From the NCBI GenBank assembly GCA_963718615.1, contig OY970368.1, forward strand, positions 5,984,001-6,048,000: DNA of 64,000 nt, in the 5' to 3' direction. The position numbers and the translations under genes are program-made. Shown here piece after piece: positions 30,111 to 42,000 of the stretch. The stretch's first letter is position 1, and each line of letters starts with the position of its first letter. Origin of the DNA: an uncultured cyanobacterium. GTDB taxonomy: Bacteria > Cyanobacteriota > Cyanobacteriia > PCC-9006 > JAAUQQ01. The notes below the pieces were generated by a model. The model was not told the origin of the DNA. It did no database searches and was given only the letters and a program-made list of their open reading frames with translations.

Positions 30111-31592
30111 TTAGGTGTCGTGATTGACGTAGTCGAGGTGGGGGCCGCAGTAGCCAATTTGAATTTTGTTGTCGGCGATCGCAAAATAAATTTGTAGGGC
30201 TCCAGCACGGCCCGTTATCGTCATATGCTGGGTCATGATTTTGGCTTGGCCTTGGTGGGAAAACCGTCGCTGCTCGCCGTAGCGGTCCAGGGTGGCCTGG
30301 GATTCGTGGGGACGATATTTGCTGCCGATGTCGGGTTTTTCGGCCATGGCTTCTTCCCAGCTTTTGCCCATGGGGATGCCGTGGGCACGGCATTCTAGGT
30401 CGATGCGGCCAATTTCGGCGATCGCCCGCAGACTCCAATAAACCTTCTTAAATTTGCCTTTTTTCTGGTCACAGACCGCCGCCGCTGCCCGTTTTGCGCT
30501 ATCCCAAATTTCTAAGACATCGCCAAATTCGGTTTCGATTTGCGTTAAGACCTCACTCAGGTTGTTAAAGGAATAGGATTGCTCTATAGCGACTTGTGAA
30601 GCTTTGAGCTGGCGTAATTCTTCTTCGGTTTTTAAGCGCTCGGCGATCGCTTCCTGAATCCGCCATTCGAGAAAATGAATTCGGGAGTTTTGTTGTTGAG
30701 TCTGAAGTTCTTGACGCAGTGTTTCGATTTCGTGCTCTAATTCTGCATTCAGAGTTACGCTTAGTTCAACGTCTTCTTCCAAAGCTTTGATTTTCCGTTG
30801 CAGATCAGCTTCAAGCCGGTTAAGCTGGTAAATATGCTGCTGAAGATCATGTTTTTCTTGGGCAAGGTACTGACGCTGTTGGCGCAGACTCTCGGTTTCA
30901 TCTTGGGCAACTTTGAGCTCAGCTTCGATGGCAGCGCGTTTTTGGGAGAATTGCGATCGCTCAATGTCTAACTGCTCATAAGCCTCTTGCTTTGCTTCTT
31001 GCTTCTCCTGGAGCTGAGCTTCAAGAATCGCAATTTGGGGAGAAACTTGATCAAGGGATTGAGATTCTAATCGCGCTTCTAGTTGTTCAACCTGCTGCTG
31101 ATGTTGGGTAATCTGCTGCTGAAGTTGCTGGATTTCTTGATTGAGTTCGGCTTGTTTTTTACCAACTTGACGTTGTAGCTGCTTGGCGTCTTGGTAGAGT
31201 TTGTCTTTTTCTTGATCAATTTGTCGTTGAAACTGTTTGACTTGGAGATAAAGATCACTCTTATCATGCTCGACCAGCTTGAGCATGGCTTGTTTCTTAG
31301 CAAGTTCGGCTTTGAGGGCGATCGCATATTCCAAAACCACCCAACCACTGGAGCTCAGGAGCACCAGCAAAAACAGCGTTCGCAAATAATGGGAGGTTGT
31401 AAAAAATGCCTGGGGGGTTTGTACCCCTTCGACCAAGGGCGAGGCGTCGCGTGGGGAAAGTGTGGCTAATCCTTCTGACTGTCGTTCCTGTTCCGTTAGC
31501 CAGCTATGGCCCGAGGCTAACCCTACCGTCACCATCATCAGCAGCAACCAGCGACTTAAAGCCATGGGTCTCCAATGGATACTGGTGTTCAT
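30111..31592 (-). CDS. Membrane-anchored coiled-coil protein with C-terminal putative RelE-like domain
   Basis: Two N-terminal hydrophobic segments, long Q/E-rich coiled coil, C-terminal ...LQIYF...KIQIGYCGPHL. Confidence 0.6.
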   Translation of the reverse strand: MNTSIHWRPMALSRWLLLMMVTVGLASGHSWLTEQERQSEGLATLSPRDASPLVEGVQTPQAFFTTSHYLRTLFLLVLLSSSGWVVLEYAIALKAELAKKQAMLKLVEHDKSDLYLQVKQFQRQIDQEKDKLYQDAKQLQRQVGKKQAELNQEIQQLQQQITQHQQQVEQLEARLESQSLDQVSPQIAILEAQLQEKQEAKQEAYEQLDIERSQFSQKRAAIEAELKVAQDETESLRQQRQYLAQEKHDLQQHIYQLNRLEADLQRKIKALEEDVELSVTLNAELEHEIETLRQELQTQQQNSRIHFLEWRIQEAIAERLKTEEELRQLKASQVAIEQSYSFNNLSEVLTQIETEFGDVLEIWDSAKRAAAAVCDQKKGKFKKVYWSLRAIAEIGRIDLECRAHGIPMGKSWEEAMAEKPDIGSKYRPHESQATLDRYGEQRRFSHQGQAKIMTQHMTITGRAGALQIYFAIADNKIQIGYCGPHLDYVNHDT

Positions 31593-31831
31593 GCTCGAAC
31601 GCTCTGACCTAGCTCGATGCTGTCCTTTGAGTGTGCCGTGACATGGCATGGGTTGCGTCATGCGTGGCTCTCCTGACTAACGAGTGGGAATTAGAACATC
31701 ACTACAGCGGTAGTTTCTGTAATTCCGCCAAAAATGGACAAATTGTTAGACTCGTTTACAGTTGGGCGATCGCGCACCCCATTCAACCCCATTCAACTGT
31801 TAGGATCGGGGCGACAACGCTTCTCGTAACC

Positions 31832-33250
31832 ATGGCCGATCGCATCCTTTTTTGGCACCGCAAAGACCTGCGCCTCTCTGACAATGCCGGACTGGCTGCG
31901 GCGCGACAGCAGAGTCCCCAGGTCACGGGGGTGTTTTGTTTAGATCCAGGCATTCTCGACGGGGACGATGTGGCTCCGGCACGGGTGAAATACATGCTGG
32001 GCTCCCTGGCGGCGTTGCAGGAGGATTATCAGAAGGCGGGGGGCGAACTGCTGATTGTCCAGGGGGCACCGGAGCGGCAGATTTTGGACCTGGCGCGATC
32101 GCTCTCGGCCCAAGCGGTCTACTGGAATTGGGATGTGGAACCCTACGCCCAGGAGCGGGATGAGCGGGTGCGTCAAGGGCTCAAGGCCCATGGGATTGCG
32201 GTGTATGGCGGTTGGGATCAGCTCCTCCATGCACCGGGGGAAGTGCGAACGGGCAAGGGCGATCCCTACACGGTGTATAGTCCCTTTTGGAAAAACTGGA
32301 TTACGCAGGAAAAGGCCGCCCCAGTGGCAACATTGGTGGGGCTTGAAGGCTTGTCTAAGGCGGAGGAGGAGCGGGCCGCTGGCACGATTGCCTTGCCAAC
32401 GCTCAAGGATCTGGGCTTCTCCTGGGAGGCTGAGTTGCTTTTGGCACCGGGCTCTGAGGCCGCCGCTGAGCAGTTAGATTATTTTTGTAATGAGGATCGG
32501 GCGATCGCCACCTACGACGAACAGCGCAACTTCCCCGCAGTTGAGGGTACATCAATGCTGAGTGCGGCGCTCAAGTTTGGCACGATCGGCATTCGCCAGG
32601 TTTGGCAAACGGCATCCGATGCCTACAACCGCTGTCGCAGCGACGAAACCCGCCAAGGCATTCGGACTTGGCAGCAAGAGCTGGCTTGGCGGGAGTTTTA
32701 TCAGCACGCCCTGTATTTTTTCCCAGACTTGGCGGCGGGTCCCTATCGGCAGCAGTGGCAGGCATTCCCCTGGGAAAATAACGAAGACTATTTCCAGGCT
32801 TGGTGTGAGGGCAACACGGGCTATCCGATTGTGGATGCGGCGATGCGTCAGCTCAATGAAACGGGTTGGATGCACAACCGCTGCCGAATGATTGTTGCTA
32901 GTTTTCTGACGAAAGATTTGATCGTCGATTGGCGTTGGGGTGAGAAATATTTTATGCAGAAGCTGGTGGATGGGGATTTGTCTGCGAATAATGGCGGCTG
33001 GCAGTGGAGTGCGTCGAGTGGCATGGACCCAAAGCCGTTGCGCATTTTTAATCCCTATACCCAGGCGCAAAAGTTTGACCCGGAGGGGGAGTATATTCGC
33101 CAGTGGGTGCCGGAGTTGCGATCGGCGGATACGGGGTCGATTTTGACGGGGAAGTTGGGGGCTTTGGAACGGGGGGATTATCCGGGGGCGATCGTGGACC
33201 ACAAGGAGCGGCAGCAGCGGTTTAAGGCGCTGTATGCTTCGGTAAAGTAA
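31832..33250 (+). CDS. phrB: Deoxyribodipyrimidine (CPD) photolyase
   Basis: [49 protein letters not shown]; ATG at 31832. Confidence 0.93.
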   Translation: MADRILFWHRKDLRLSDNAGLAAARQQSPQVTGVFCLDPGILDGDDVAPARVKYMLGSLAALQEDYQKAGGELLIVQGAPERQILDLARSLSAQAVYWNWDVEPYAQERDERVRQGLKAHGIAVYGGWDQLLHAPGEVRTGKGDPYTVYSPFWKNWITQEKAAPVATLVGLEGLSKAEEERAAGTIALPTLKDLGFSWEAELLLAPGSEAAAEQLDYFCNEDRAIATYDEQRNFPAVEGTSMLSAALKFGTIGIRQVWQTASDAYNRCRSDETRQGIRTWQQELAWREFYQHALYFFPDLAAGPYRQQWQAFPWENNEDYFQAWCEGNTGYPIVDAAMRQLNETGWMHNRCRMIVASFLTKDLIVDWRWGEKYFMQKLVDGDLSANNGGWQWSASSGMDPKPLRIFNPYTQAQKFDPEGEYIRQWVPELRSADTGSILTGKLGALERGDYPGAIVDHKERQQRFKALYASVK

Positions 33251-33569
33251 CGCTTTTTCAAGACAGCCTAGGCCACTGCTATAACGCAAATTTCTCTGGA
33301 CTCATATCGATGATGGCTTGTCATGAAAGAACGTTTGTGCTGTCCATGCTGGTCCTAGATTCAAGGGATTAGACGGAAATCTGTGCAAAGATTTTTGAAG
33401 CAACAACCTTCTGGCATCGTCATATCCAGGGAATTTGGGATATTATACACGATGGTTTTCTATCTAATAATTGCTCAAAACGTGGTACGAGAATACAGTC
33501 GAGTGTCAGGTTGTGGTTAAATCTTAATGAGGGCTGTTAGTTATATTCCGAGCTGTTGAAAGTGTCATC

Positions 33570-34613
33570 ATGAACCATACAAAAGCAAAGTCTGACGATA
33601 CTTGGATTCAGCAAGTGAACGAATCCCTTCGTATGCCACAAAATACAAGGAAGGAAAGGGTTATTGACCTTTTTGCTGGCTGTGGTGGGTTGGCCCTTGG
33701 CTTTGAAGCAATGGGATTCATGACTCACGGCTTTGAAGCAAATCCAGACTGTGTAGAAACATACAATCTCAACCTTGCTGGTGAATGTGTACGCGAATAT
33801 TTGACACCAAAGACTCGATATCCTGAGGCAGAAATTGTGATTGGTGGACCTCCATGTCAACCATTTAGTGTGGGAGGTAATCAAAAAGGGCTAGAAGATT
33901 CTAGAGACGGATTTCCTGCTTGTATTGCCGCTGTCGAGCAGCTAAGTCCATGCGTTTTCTTATTCGAGAACGTTCGGGGGCTTCTCTATCGCAATAAGTG
34001 TTATTTTCAGCAGATCAGGAATAAGTTAGAGAACCTCGGCTACATCGTCGAAGCACAACTGCTCAATGCAAAACATCATAGTGTTCCTCAGAACAGAGAG
34101 CGTGTGATTGTAGTTGGTCATCGTGGAGGCTTCAAGTTTCCAGCTCCTCACACCCAAATTATCTCAGCCGGGACTGCCCTAGGCTCTATGTTTGAGCAAG
34201 TACCTGATAATGCTAAGTGGTTAACCCCAAGTATGGATGCATACATTGCCAAATATGAAAAGGCAAGTTGTTGTAAAACCCCCCGTGATCTGCACTATGA
34301 CCGACCAGCCAGGACAGTGACTTGTCGAAACCTTGCTGGTGCGACAGGAGACATGCACCGTATACGCTTACCTGATGGGCGTCGCAGACGTATTACTATC
34401 AGAGAAGCGGCTCGGCTTCAGTCTTTCCCAGACTGGTTTGAGTTTACTGGTAGCGAAACTGACCAGTATTATCAGGTGGGAAATGCTGTCGCCCCTTTAT
34501 TTGCGAAAGCCCTTGCTCGGTCTGTCATAGACTACCTGGATAGAGGTGCAAAATATACTCACCAGGAAGTGATGGAAGGCAAGGGAGCAATCAAGCAATT
34601 GGCTCTTTTTTAG
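33570..34613 (+). CDS. DNA (cytosine-5)-methyltransferase
   Basis: DLFAGCGG (I), GPPCQPFS (IV), ENV (VI), QNRER (VIII), REAARLQSFPD, GNAV (X). Confidence 0.95.
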   Translation: MNHTKAKSDDTWIQQVNESLRMPQNTRKERVIDLFAGCGGLALGFEAMGFMTHGFEANPDCVETYNLNLAGECVREYLTPKTRYPEAEIVIGGPPCQPFSVGGNQKGLEDSRDGFPACIAAVEQLSPCVFLFENVRGLLYRNKCYFQQIRNKLENLGYIVEAQLLNAKHHSVPQNRERVIVVGHRGGFKFPAPHTQIISAGTALGSMFEQVPDNAKWLTPSMDAYIAKYEKASCCKTPRDLHYDRPARTVTCRNLAGATGDMHRIRLPDGRRRRITIREAARLQSFPDWFEFTGSETDQYYQVGNAVAPLFAKALARSVIDYLDRGAKYTHQEVMEGKGAIKQLALF

Positions 34614-34620
34614 CAACGAC

Positions 34621-35643
34621 ATGGCTTCTTACAGTTTGATTCGTTTCACTGGCTCCAAAACAGAGCCGCAACAAAGAAAAATATTAGAGGCAGTTGAAAT
34701 TCTTAGTCGATTAGGTATCCCCCTTGAGAAATTGTTTACATCCAAGCAATGGCGGAGAGTGGAGAGGCTAGCACTTGTCCTGCTTAGTCTTGGTGATGTA
34801 CGCCCTGATACACCTTGGTTATCGGTCAAAAGTAGGGACGATGGTATTTCTATAACTACAAGAAACATAATTGATTTCATCAATGAGCATTACTCAGAAT
34901 CCATAAGTAAAGGCTCTTATGATGATTTCAAGCGGAAGGAGATAGATCTACTCCTTCCCGACTCAATCGTTATTCCTGGATTTGTTGAGCGATCTGCCGT
35001 TAATGATAGCAGAAGCGGGTATGCCGTTTGTCCTACTCACGTTGAAGCTATTCGTAAATTTGGTACCCCTGACTGGGATGCTGCTGTTGAAAGCCTTCTT
35101 GCAGGAAAAGTGTCATTGCGACAGCGGCTAGATGCTAGGCGAGATCTTTCCATGATCTCGATTACTCTACCAGGAGGATTAGATCTATCTTTCACTCCTG
35201 GCAAGCATAATGAATTACAAAAAGCAATCATTGAGCAATTTCTCCCCAGGTATGGTTATGGTTGTGAAGTTCTCTACATAGGGGACAGTTCTGATAAATA
35301 CCTACACCTTGATCGTGAGAAGCTATTAGAACTCAGCTTTTCTGAGCTTAGTCATGAGGAATTGCCTGATATAATTGCCTTCTCTAAGCAAAAGGCTTGG
35401 ATTTACTTGATTGAGTCGGTTACCAGTTTTGGAGAAATTTCTCAGATTAGGAAACTCGAGCTTGAAAGAATTACGGAGAATTGTGTCAATCCTGTAGTTT
35501 TTGTGACTGCTTTTCCTGATCGTGCTACTTACAGAAAACACTGTGCTAACTTAGCATGGGAAACTGAAGTTTGGATTGCGAGTGATCCTGATCATCTTAT
35601 TCACCTAAATGGTCCTAAATTTCTTGGTCCCTATGTAGGGTGA
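34621..35643 (+). CDS. BsuBI/PstI-family type II restriction endonuclease
   Basis: PGKHNELQKAIIEQF, PDII...LIESVTSFG, FVTAFPDR, AWETEVW...HLIHLNG. Confidence 0.88.
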   Translation: MASYSLIRFTGSKTEPQQRKILEAVEILSRLGIPLEKLFTSKQWRRVERLALVLLSLGDVRPDTPWLSVKSRDDGISITTRNIIDFINEHYSESISKGSYDDFKRKEIDLLLPDSIVIPGFVERSAVNDSRSGYAVCPTHVEAIRKFGTPDWDAAVESLLAGKVSLRQRLDARRDLSMISITLPGGLDLSFTPGKHNELQKAIIEQFLPRYGYGCEVLYIGDSSDKYLHLDREKLLELSFSELSHEELPDIIAFSKQKAWIYLIESVTSFGEISQIRKLELERITENCVNPVVFVTAFPDRATYRKHCANLAWETEVWIASDPDHLIHLNGPKFLGPYVG

Positions 35644-36061
35644 GAGATTATTGTTTTTCGATGAGCAAAATTTAAGAAAACACCTTCGTTTACAAAGCCA
35701 CCCAATACTGTGCTGCAATGGACGGAAAAAAGACGTGGATTTATATCTGTTTTTTATTCTGATCTTGGCGATAAAGGTTATTAATACTAGCCCAATCGAG
35801 ATGCTCGGATTGTGGGCCAAGGGCATGATTGCCTTTGATCCAGCGCTGGTGCTCCATTGCCGATGCGGTTTGATGGACGCTATCTGATTCGGGGCGATCG
35901 CAACGAAAGTGCGCCCCCAGCGACCATTTCTAAATAGCCAAGCGCCATCTATAGTTTACGCAAATTGTTGGCCAGGGCTTGACTGGAGTCCTGGTGCCCT
36001 TATAGGATAGGGACGGAATGTAAACTGAAATTGGCAAAACTTGCAAACGTGGAGCCCGGTT

Positions 36062-37051
36062 ATGAGCCAAGCCTCGAAGGACAGTAAAGCCAGGATTATG
36101 CAGGCATTTGGGCAAATCCTGGCGGAGCGTCAACCGCTGGATGCCAAAATTGCGACCAAGGAAGAAGAGGCTGAACAGGCCCAAAATACCGAAATCCTTG
36201 CCCGTGCCTTGCAATACACCGCCGACAACATCGTCCGAGGACTCGCGGACTTACAGCTTGAGTTTGGCGAGACGGTTGGGGGAATGGTGACTTGTCTAGA
36301 GGGCGAAACCGAGAAGCTGGATGAGTTGCAGCGGGCGATCGCCACAGAAACGGATCGCCTCGACACCCTACGTAAAGTTCGCACCGTTGCTGATGCACTC
36401 CATTTGCTGACTCAGGAGCACCAGGAACATCTACGACAACTGGAGTCTGCTTTTTCGCAGGATGGCCAAGCCCTCGAAAAAGCCCGAGCAGAGGTCCATC
36501 AGCAGTGGGAGCGGGAGCAGGTAGAGCACAGGGTTCAACAGGAAGAACGTCAATCCTTGCAACAACAACTCCGAGCCACCCAGGAGGCGGACTATGGGTA
36601 TGAAACGGCGCGATCGCGTCAGATTGCCCTCGACAACTACGAAACCATGCAGCGGCAGCGATTGCGGCAGCTAGAAGAGCACCGCCAATCCCTAGAGCGC
36701 GACTGGACGGAACGAGAACAGGAATGGACTCGTCAGGAGGCGCTGAGGTTGGATTATCAACAACGGGCAGAGGCCTTTCCTGAGGAACTCGAAGCCGCGA
36801 TTCGGGAAGCGCGGGAAGAGGCAATTCGCGAGGTCTCTCAAGAGGCTCGGATCAAGGTGGAACTGGCGACCAAAGACTACGAATCGGCCCAACAACGCCA
36901 CGGATTCCAGATCGAATCCCTGGAGGCCAAAATTGCTCAGCAGTCTGCTCAGATTGAGGATTTATCCCAGCAGTTGCAACAGGCCATGCAGCAGTCCCAA
37001 GCCTTGGCTTTGCGGGCTTTTGAATCCTCCGCTGAACGGCTCAATCGTTAA
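36062..37051 (+). CDS. Coiled-coil protein (paralog of the downstream gene)
   Basis: All-helical E/Q/R-rich; ends QQSQALALRAF. Confidence 0.8.
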   Translation: MSQASKDSKARIMQAFGQILAERQPLDAKIATKEEEAEQAQNTEILARALQYTADNIVRGLADLQLEFGETVGGMVTCLEGETEKLDELQRAIATETDRLDTLRKVRTVADALHLLTQEHQEHLRQLESAFSQDGQALEKARAEVHQQWEREQVEHRVQQEERQSLQQQLRATQEADYGYETARSRQIALDNYETMQRQRLRQLEEHRQSLERDWTEREQEWTRQEALRLDYQQRAEAFPEELEAAIREAREEAIREVSQEARIKVELATKDYESAQQRHGFQIESLEAKIAQQSAQIEDLSQQLQQAMQQSQALALRAFESSAERLNR

Positions 37052-37103
37052 TTAAAATCAATCGTTGAAATCAATCGTTAATTCAAACTAGGGACGATCG
37101 ATC

Positions 37104-38243
37104 ATGACAACCAAACGGGTTTCTCCGAAAAATACAAAAACCGAAATTCTGGAGGCCTACGAGCAGGTTCTTAAGGAAAAACGTGACCTTGAAAAGCAAT
37201 TGAAAACGGGAGCTAGTGTAGATACGATCGCCAACGATCGCACCTCTCTCGAAACCCAACCCCATCTCGAAACCCAACCCCATCTTGAAACAAAGGTCGA
37301 GGCGGTCGAAGCGATCGCCCCCATCATTCCCTTCGGTATTATGCCCCATAATCCTAGCCTTGACCTGATTATTCATACCCTCAACCAGCTTCAAGGGCAT
37401 GTGGGCGGTGCCATCAGTGGTCTTTCTGAACAACTGGTTTCTAGAGCCTTGGCCCTGCAATCGCTGCAAACCGACTTGACGGAGGAGACTGAACAATTAC
37501 AGCGGTTGCACGACCTAGCGGTTGATGACGTTGACTTGGATGAGCTGATTCAGCGCTATGATGAAACCTCAAAGGCGCTTCATGAGACCTTTGAAGGCCG
37601 TCAAAAGACGCTAGAACAAGAATTTAACGATAGTCGAATCGCCTGGGAAAAAGAGCAGGAAGACTATCGACGGCAGCTCAAAATCCGCAATGAAACCTTA
37701 GCTAAATTAGGGCAGCGGGACGAACAAGAATATCGCTATGGCTTAACGTTACACCGTCAGGTCTCTGATGAAGAATTTGACCAAATCCAGCAGCAGCGCT
37801 ATCAGGAACTGGCCGATCTTGAGGCGCAGCAGGAAAAGGCATGGGATGTGCGGGAGCAGGCGATCGCCCAGCGCGAGCAGGAACTGGCAGAGCTCAAAGC
37901 CAAGGTGGACAGCTTCGAGCAAACGAGGGAAACCTCGCTCAAAAAAGCCAAGGAAGAAGGTCGCGGCATTGCACACCATCAAGCGAAGGTTCGTGCCGAT
38001 TTAGCAGCGAAGGATTTTGAAGCTGAGGAACGTAGTGCCCAACTCCGGATCACGGCGTTGCAAGAAACCATCGCTAGCCAAACCACCCGCATTGAAATCC
38101 TCACGACCCAGCTATCAAAGGCATTACAGCAGGTTCAAGACCTAGCGGTTAAGGCCATCGACGGTGCCGCCAATGCCAACTCGCTCCAAGCCATGAAGGA
38201 AATCGCTTTGGAACAGGCCAAGGGGCAAAATAAGCCGAAATAA
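37104..38243 (+). CDS. Coiled-coil protein
   Basis: KNTKTEILEAY start, WEKEQEDY, ends QQVQDLAVKAI; parallels the upstream gene. Confidence 0.8.
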   Translation: MTTKRVSPKNTKTEILEAYEQVLKEKRDLEKQLKTGASVDTIANDRTSLETQPHLETQPHLETKVEAVEAIAPIIPFGIMPHNPSLDLIIHTLNQLQGHVGGAISGLSEQLVSRALALQSLQTDLTEETEQLQRLHDLAVDDVDLDELIQRYDETSKALHETFEGRQKTLEQEFNDSRIAWEKEQEDYRRQLKIRNETLAKLGQRDEQEYRYGLTLHRQVSDEEFDQIQQQRYQELADLEAQQEKAWDVREQAIAQREQELAELKAKVDSFEQTRETSLKKAKEEGRGIAHHQAKVRADLAAKDFEAEERSAQLRITALQETIASQTTRIEILTTQLSKALQQVQDLAVKAIDGAANANSLQAMKEIALEQAKGQNKPK

Positions 38244-38245
38244 CG

Positions 38246-38857
38246 TCACCAAACAGGTTGCAAAACCAACGTTCGACGATCAGTGGGAACAGTCGGGCGT
38301 CGGGGGGCTGGGACTTCCACCGCTGTTCTAGAAGCTGCGGGTCTCCAGACGGTCTGGCCTCGATGACGAGGACGGGTAAACCGCGATCGCTGTCGGGTTC
38401 GTGCAGTCGGGGCTTGGTACTCCGGCCAACGGGGAGTTTCCGCCCAGCGGGATTGCATCAGCCATAGGCGTTGCAACAGCAAGGGGAGAGAGGCACCAAA
38501 CCAAACCGTCAGAAATAGGAGCACATAGAACTGCGCGTTGGCTTGGGGGTGGGGGGCCGATGGTTGTCGGCGATTGCCACTCCATTCTGGTGCAAAATCA
38601 GTCGCCAGAGGCGGGATGACCGTGGCCCACTGGGCAGTGGCCGCCAAATTGACTCCACCCCTAACTCCACCCCTGACTCCACCAAGGCCAAGGGCCGCAA
38701 CCTGGGTAGGGGCGGGTTGCACAGCCATCGCAGCGGTCCGATGCGGCTGCGCTGCCGTTGTTCCTATCAAAGTGCCTGCTGCGGAGCCAACGGTGGCCCC
38801 TACCATCGCAGCCGTTACAGTTAGAGTTCGCAAGGCTATCTCGATCCCTTCATTCAA
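38246..38857 (-). CDS. Hypothetical membrane protein
   Basis: Signal-like N-terminus, one TM segment, Arg/Pro-rich tail. Confidence 0.45.
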   Translation of the reverse strand: MNEGIEIALRTLTVTAAMVGATVGSAAGTLIGTTAAQPHRTAAMAVQPAPTQVAALGLGGVRGGVRGGVNLAATAQWATVIPPLATDFAPEWSGNRRQPSAPHPQANAQFYVLLFLTVWFGASLPLLLQRLWLMQSRWAETPRWPEYQAPTARTRQRSRFTRPRHRGQTVWRPAASRTAVEVPAPRRPTVPTDRRTLVLQPVW

Positions 38858-39074
38858 CAGAGTTCAACAGAGTATGGACGCTGCACCGAGACCCGATCTC
38901 CAACGGCTCTGAATAAAAAGCTACCGTCGAATTAAAATATATCACTGAGTTTTCCCGCCGAGGTGCTCTTTTTGGCATCCTTGCAAAAAATTTATTTAGT
39001 CTGGGAAATTGGGCAATCTGATATAGAGACGGGTTATCTTTGCATTTCCTGCGCCACCTAGCGTAACAGCAGCC

Positions 39075-42000
39075 ATGCCCACGCGGATTTGGAAGTTTTT
39101 GACCACCGACATTAAGGGCCTCGTTGCAGGAGAGACAGGCTCCGTTGGCCTTGAAGCGGCGAATGGGGTATTACGGTTAGCAGCGAAGCTTCAAAGCGAA
39201 GGCCCCCAGTCCCAGGAGTTGGGACCCATGGTAGGGCAGATCACGTCACTATTAGATATTTTTAACTTACCCCTGGGGAAATTTATTTCCGTTCATTTGC
39301 CCTATGAGGCGATCGCCGGGGATTTGCTCCAGTTCTACCGCGACAAAACCCAAAAAGAGCCCAGCCTCGGCCATTGTGTCTGTCTGATCAGCCAAGCTGC
39401 CTACCTCGAAAGCATCACCACGCTACTGGGCAGTCCCAAACTTCGCCCTTGGATTCAGCAAGTTGGTCAAGAGCCCGTTTCGCCTCGGGTGGCGGAGGGG
39501 CTGCACCAGTTGGGCAAGCTGATTCTGTCTGAAGAAGATGTACGGATTGCCATTATTGATTTTGGCAACTGTCGGTTGGCGCGGGCTTTTACCCAATTAT
39601 TTTTGACAAGATTGACGCAATTGGGGCTGAAGGCAGATTCGGCTCGGGCGATCGCCCAGCGGGCCACCCAGCTCACCGAGCAGCGCATGCGGGCTCCCCT
39701 CAAAAACTCCGGGGAGCGGGTGCAGCGGTTGATCGAGTGGTATCGCATTGGGGGACGGGCGGCGCTGCGCACCTACCTCAGCATCGATGCCTATTTGCAT
39801 GAGATGATCCGTCCGATGGGTGACGAAAATCCCGAGAGCTTTTCGATTCAGGAACTGTATGTGCCCCCCCAGGCCCAGCTTCTGGCTCGGGATGGCAAGC
39901 CGCGATCGGAGCAGATGACGCTGTCCTTGCAGCAATGGGTTCAAGATTGGCTCGACAATCCCCGGCGGCTGGAGCAAGTTCTCTTTATTGAAGGCGAGGC
40001 GGGACGAGGCAAAACCACGTTTTGCCAAATGTTTGCCGATTGGGCCAGAATTCACCTGCATCCTAACTGGACGCCGATCTTGGTCCAGGTTCGTGATGTG
40101 CCGCCCCCTGGAAAACCATTGGAAAGCTGGCGATTTGACGATTGGCTCAGTCAGGCGATCGGTCGTGATTTTACCCAAGATGATCCCAACTGGTTAGCTG
40201 CTGCCAATGTTCGATTTTTGTTCATTATAGATGGTGTGGATACCCTGGGGCTCAGCCAGCAGCCGGGGGCGACGCTGGAGCAATTTTTGGAGCAGGTCGG
40301 CCAATTTCAGAAAAACTGTGCCAGTTATTTGGAGCGAGAGCATCGGGTTTTGTTGACGGGGCGATCGCTCTCCCTGCTCGATCGTCAGCTCAGTGTTCCG
40401 GACAATATTGAGCGGCTGGAAATCCTGCCCATGGACGATGCCTTACAACGGGGGTGGCTGCAGCAACTGGCCAAGCGGGCGGGGTTTCGTCCGGAGCAAC
40501 TGAAGGAGTTTTTGACTGATCCACTCCTGCCCCAAAGCATCCGCGACCTTAGCCAAGAGCCACTGTTTTTGGGATTTTTGGCGGCGATGTTTTATGGGGG
40601 CGTCTTGGACGCCAGCAGTTTTGAAGCGGTGAGTGAGGCGGGGGCCAAGGTTAAGTTTTTTACACAACTGATGGATTGGGTGATTGCCCAATCGGAAATT
40701 TCGCCTCTGGGTCTGACACCGGAGCAGCTACGGCTGATGTTGCGGGAGGCGGGGTTGTGTAGCGTTCAGCTCGGGACCGAGACGGTGCCGCTGCGGGTCA
40801 TTGAAAAGCGATTGGCCGGGGGCGATGATGGCGCGATGCCGGAAATTTCAACCCTAGAGACTGAACCTGAGGAACTCTCTGCACCGTTGCCGGGGACACT
40901 GGTGATTCGACCGGCGATGATGCCCCTGCCCATCGCCACGATTCAGGCCGATCTCAAGACGCAGCATGTGGCGGCACTGACCCTCAGCCATCGCAGCTTT
41001 AGCCAGTTTCTCTTCGCTGAACAACTCTGCATTGGCCTGGAACAATGGTCGAGGTTGCGAAATCCCGGCACTGAAACGGCGGATGTGGATTGGGAAATTT
41101 ATGATCTCTTGGGCTACGGCGGTTTGACCCAGGAGATTGTCCAGGGTTTATTGGTGTTGCTCGATCGCAGCCCCACGTTTGAACCGGAAGCGCTGTTCCA
41201 TCGACTTCAGGATTTTTATTTGCGGTGGGCGAATGGCAGCATTATTGATGAACATCCACCGACCTTGCCCCAGCGTAAGATGCAGCAATTGCGCCGTCAA
41301 CAGCAGTACCGAGAGCAACCCTTAGGACAGCGGCAGGTGGATGCCTATACGGGGTTTAATGTGATGGTGTTGCTGCTAGAACTCAATCGCTATGGGCGGG
41401 TGCGAGACGAACTCAAACAAAAGATCATTTTTTATCCCACAGGACGAGCCACCAAGGCTCCGGAACGATTACTGAATATTATTCAGTATGGCCAATGTGT
41501 TGGGCCTCAATCCTTTGGGCGTATTGTGGGTCCATTTCTGAGTGGTGTTCACCTCAGCGGAGCCAATCTCAGCGGGACGGATTTGCGAGGCGTTAATCTG
41601 AGTGGTGCGGACCTGAGCGGTACCAATCTCAGCGGGACGGATTTACGGCAAGCGGATTTGCGCGGTGCGGATTTGAGTGGGGCCAATCTGAGTGGGGCCA
41701 ATCTCGATGGGGCCAATCTGCGGCGGGTATCCCTCAGTCGGGCCATGCTTGCCGGTGCAACCTTAATTCGGGCATTGCTGAGCAATGCGGATATGATTGG
41801 TGCCCTGTTCCATGGTGCGGATTTGAGCGGTGCGGATTTGAGTTTGGCAGATTTGAGTTTGGCAGATTTGCGAGGTGCGGTTTTGAATCAGGCGGATTTG
41901 AGCTTAGCGGATTTGCGCAGTGCCAGTCTCAACTGTGCGTCGCTCCAAAAGGCATTACTCAACCGAGCCTCGTTTAACAGTGCGGATCTTCGCTGTGCAG

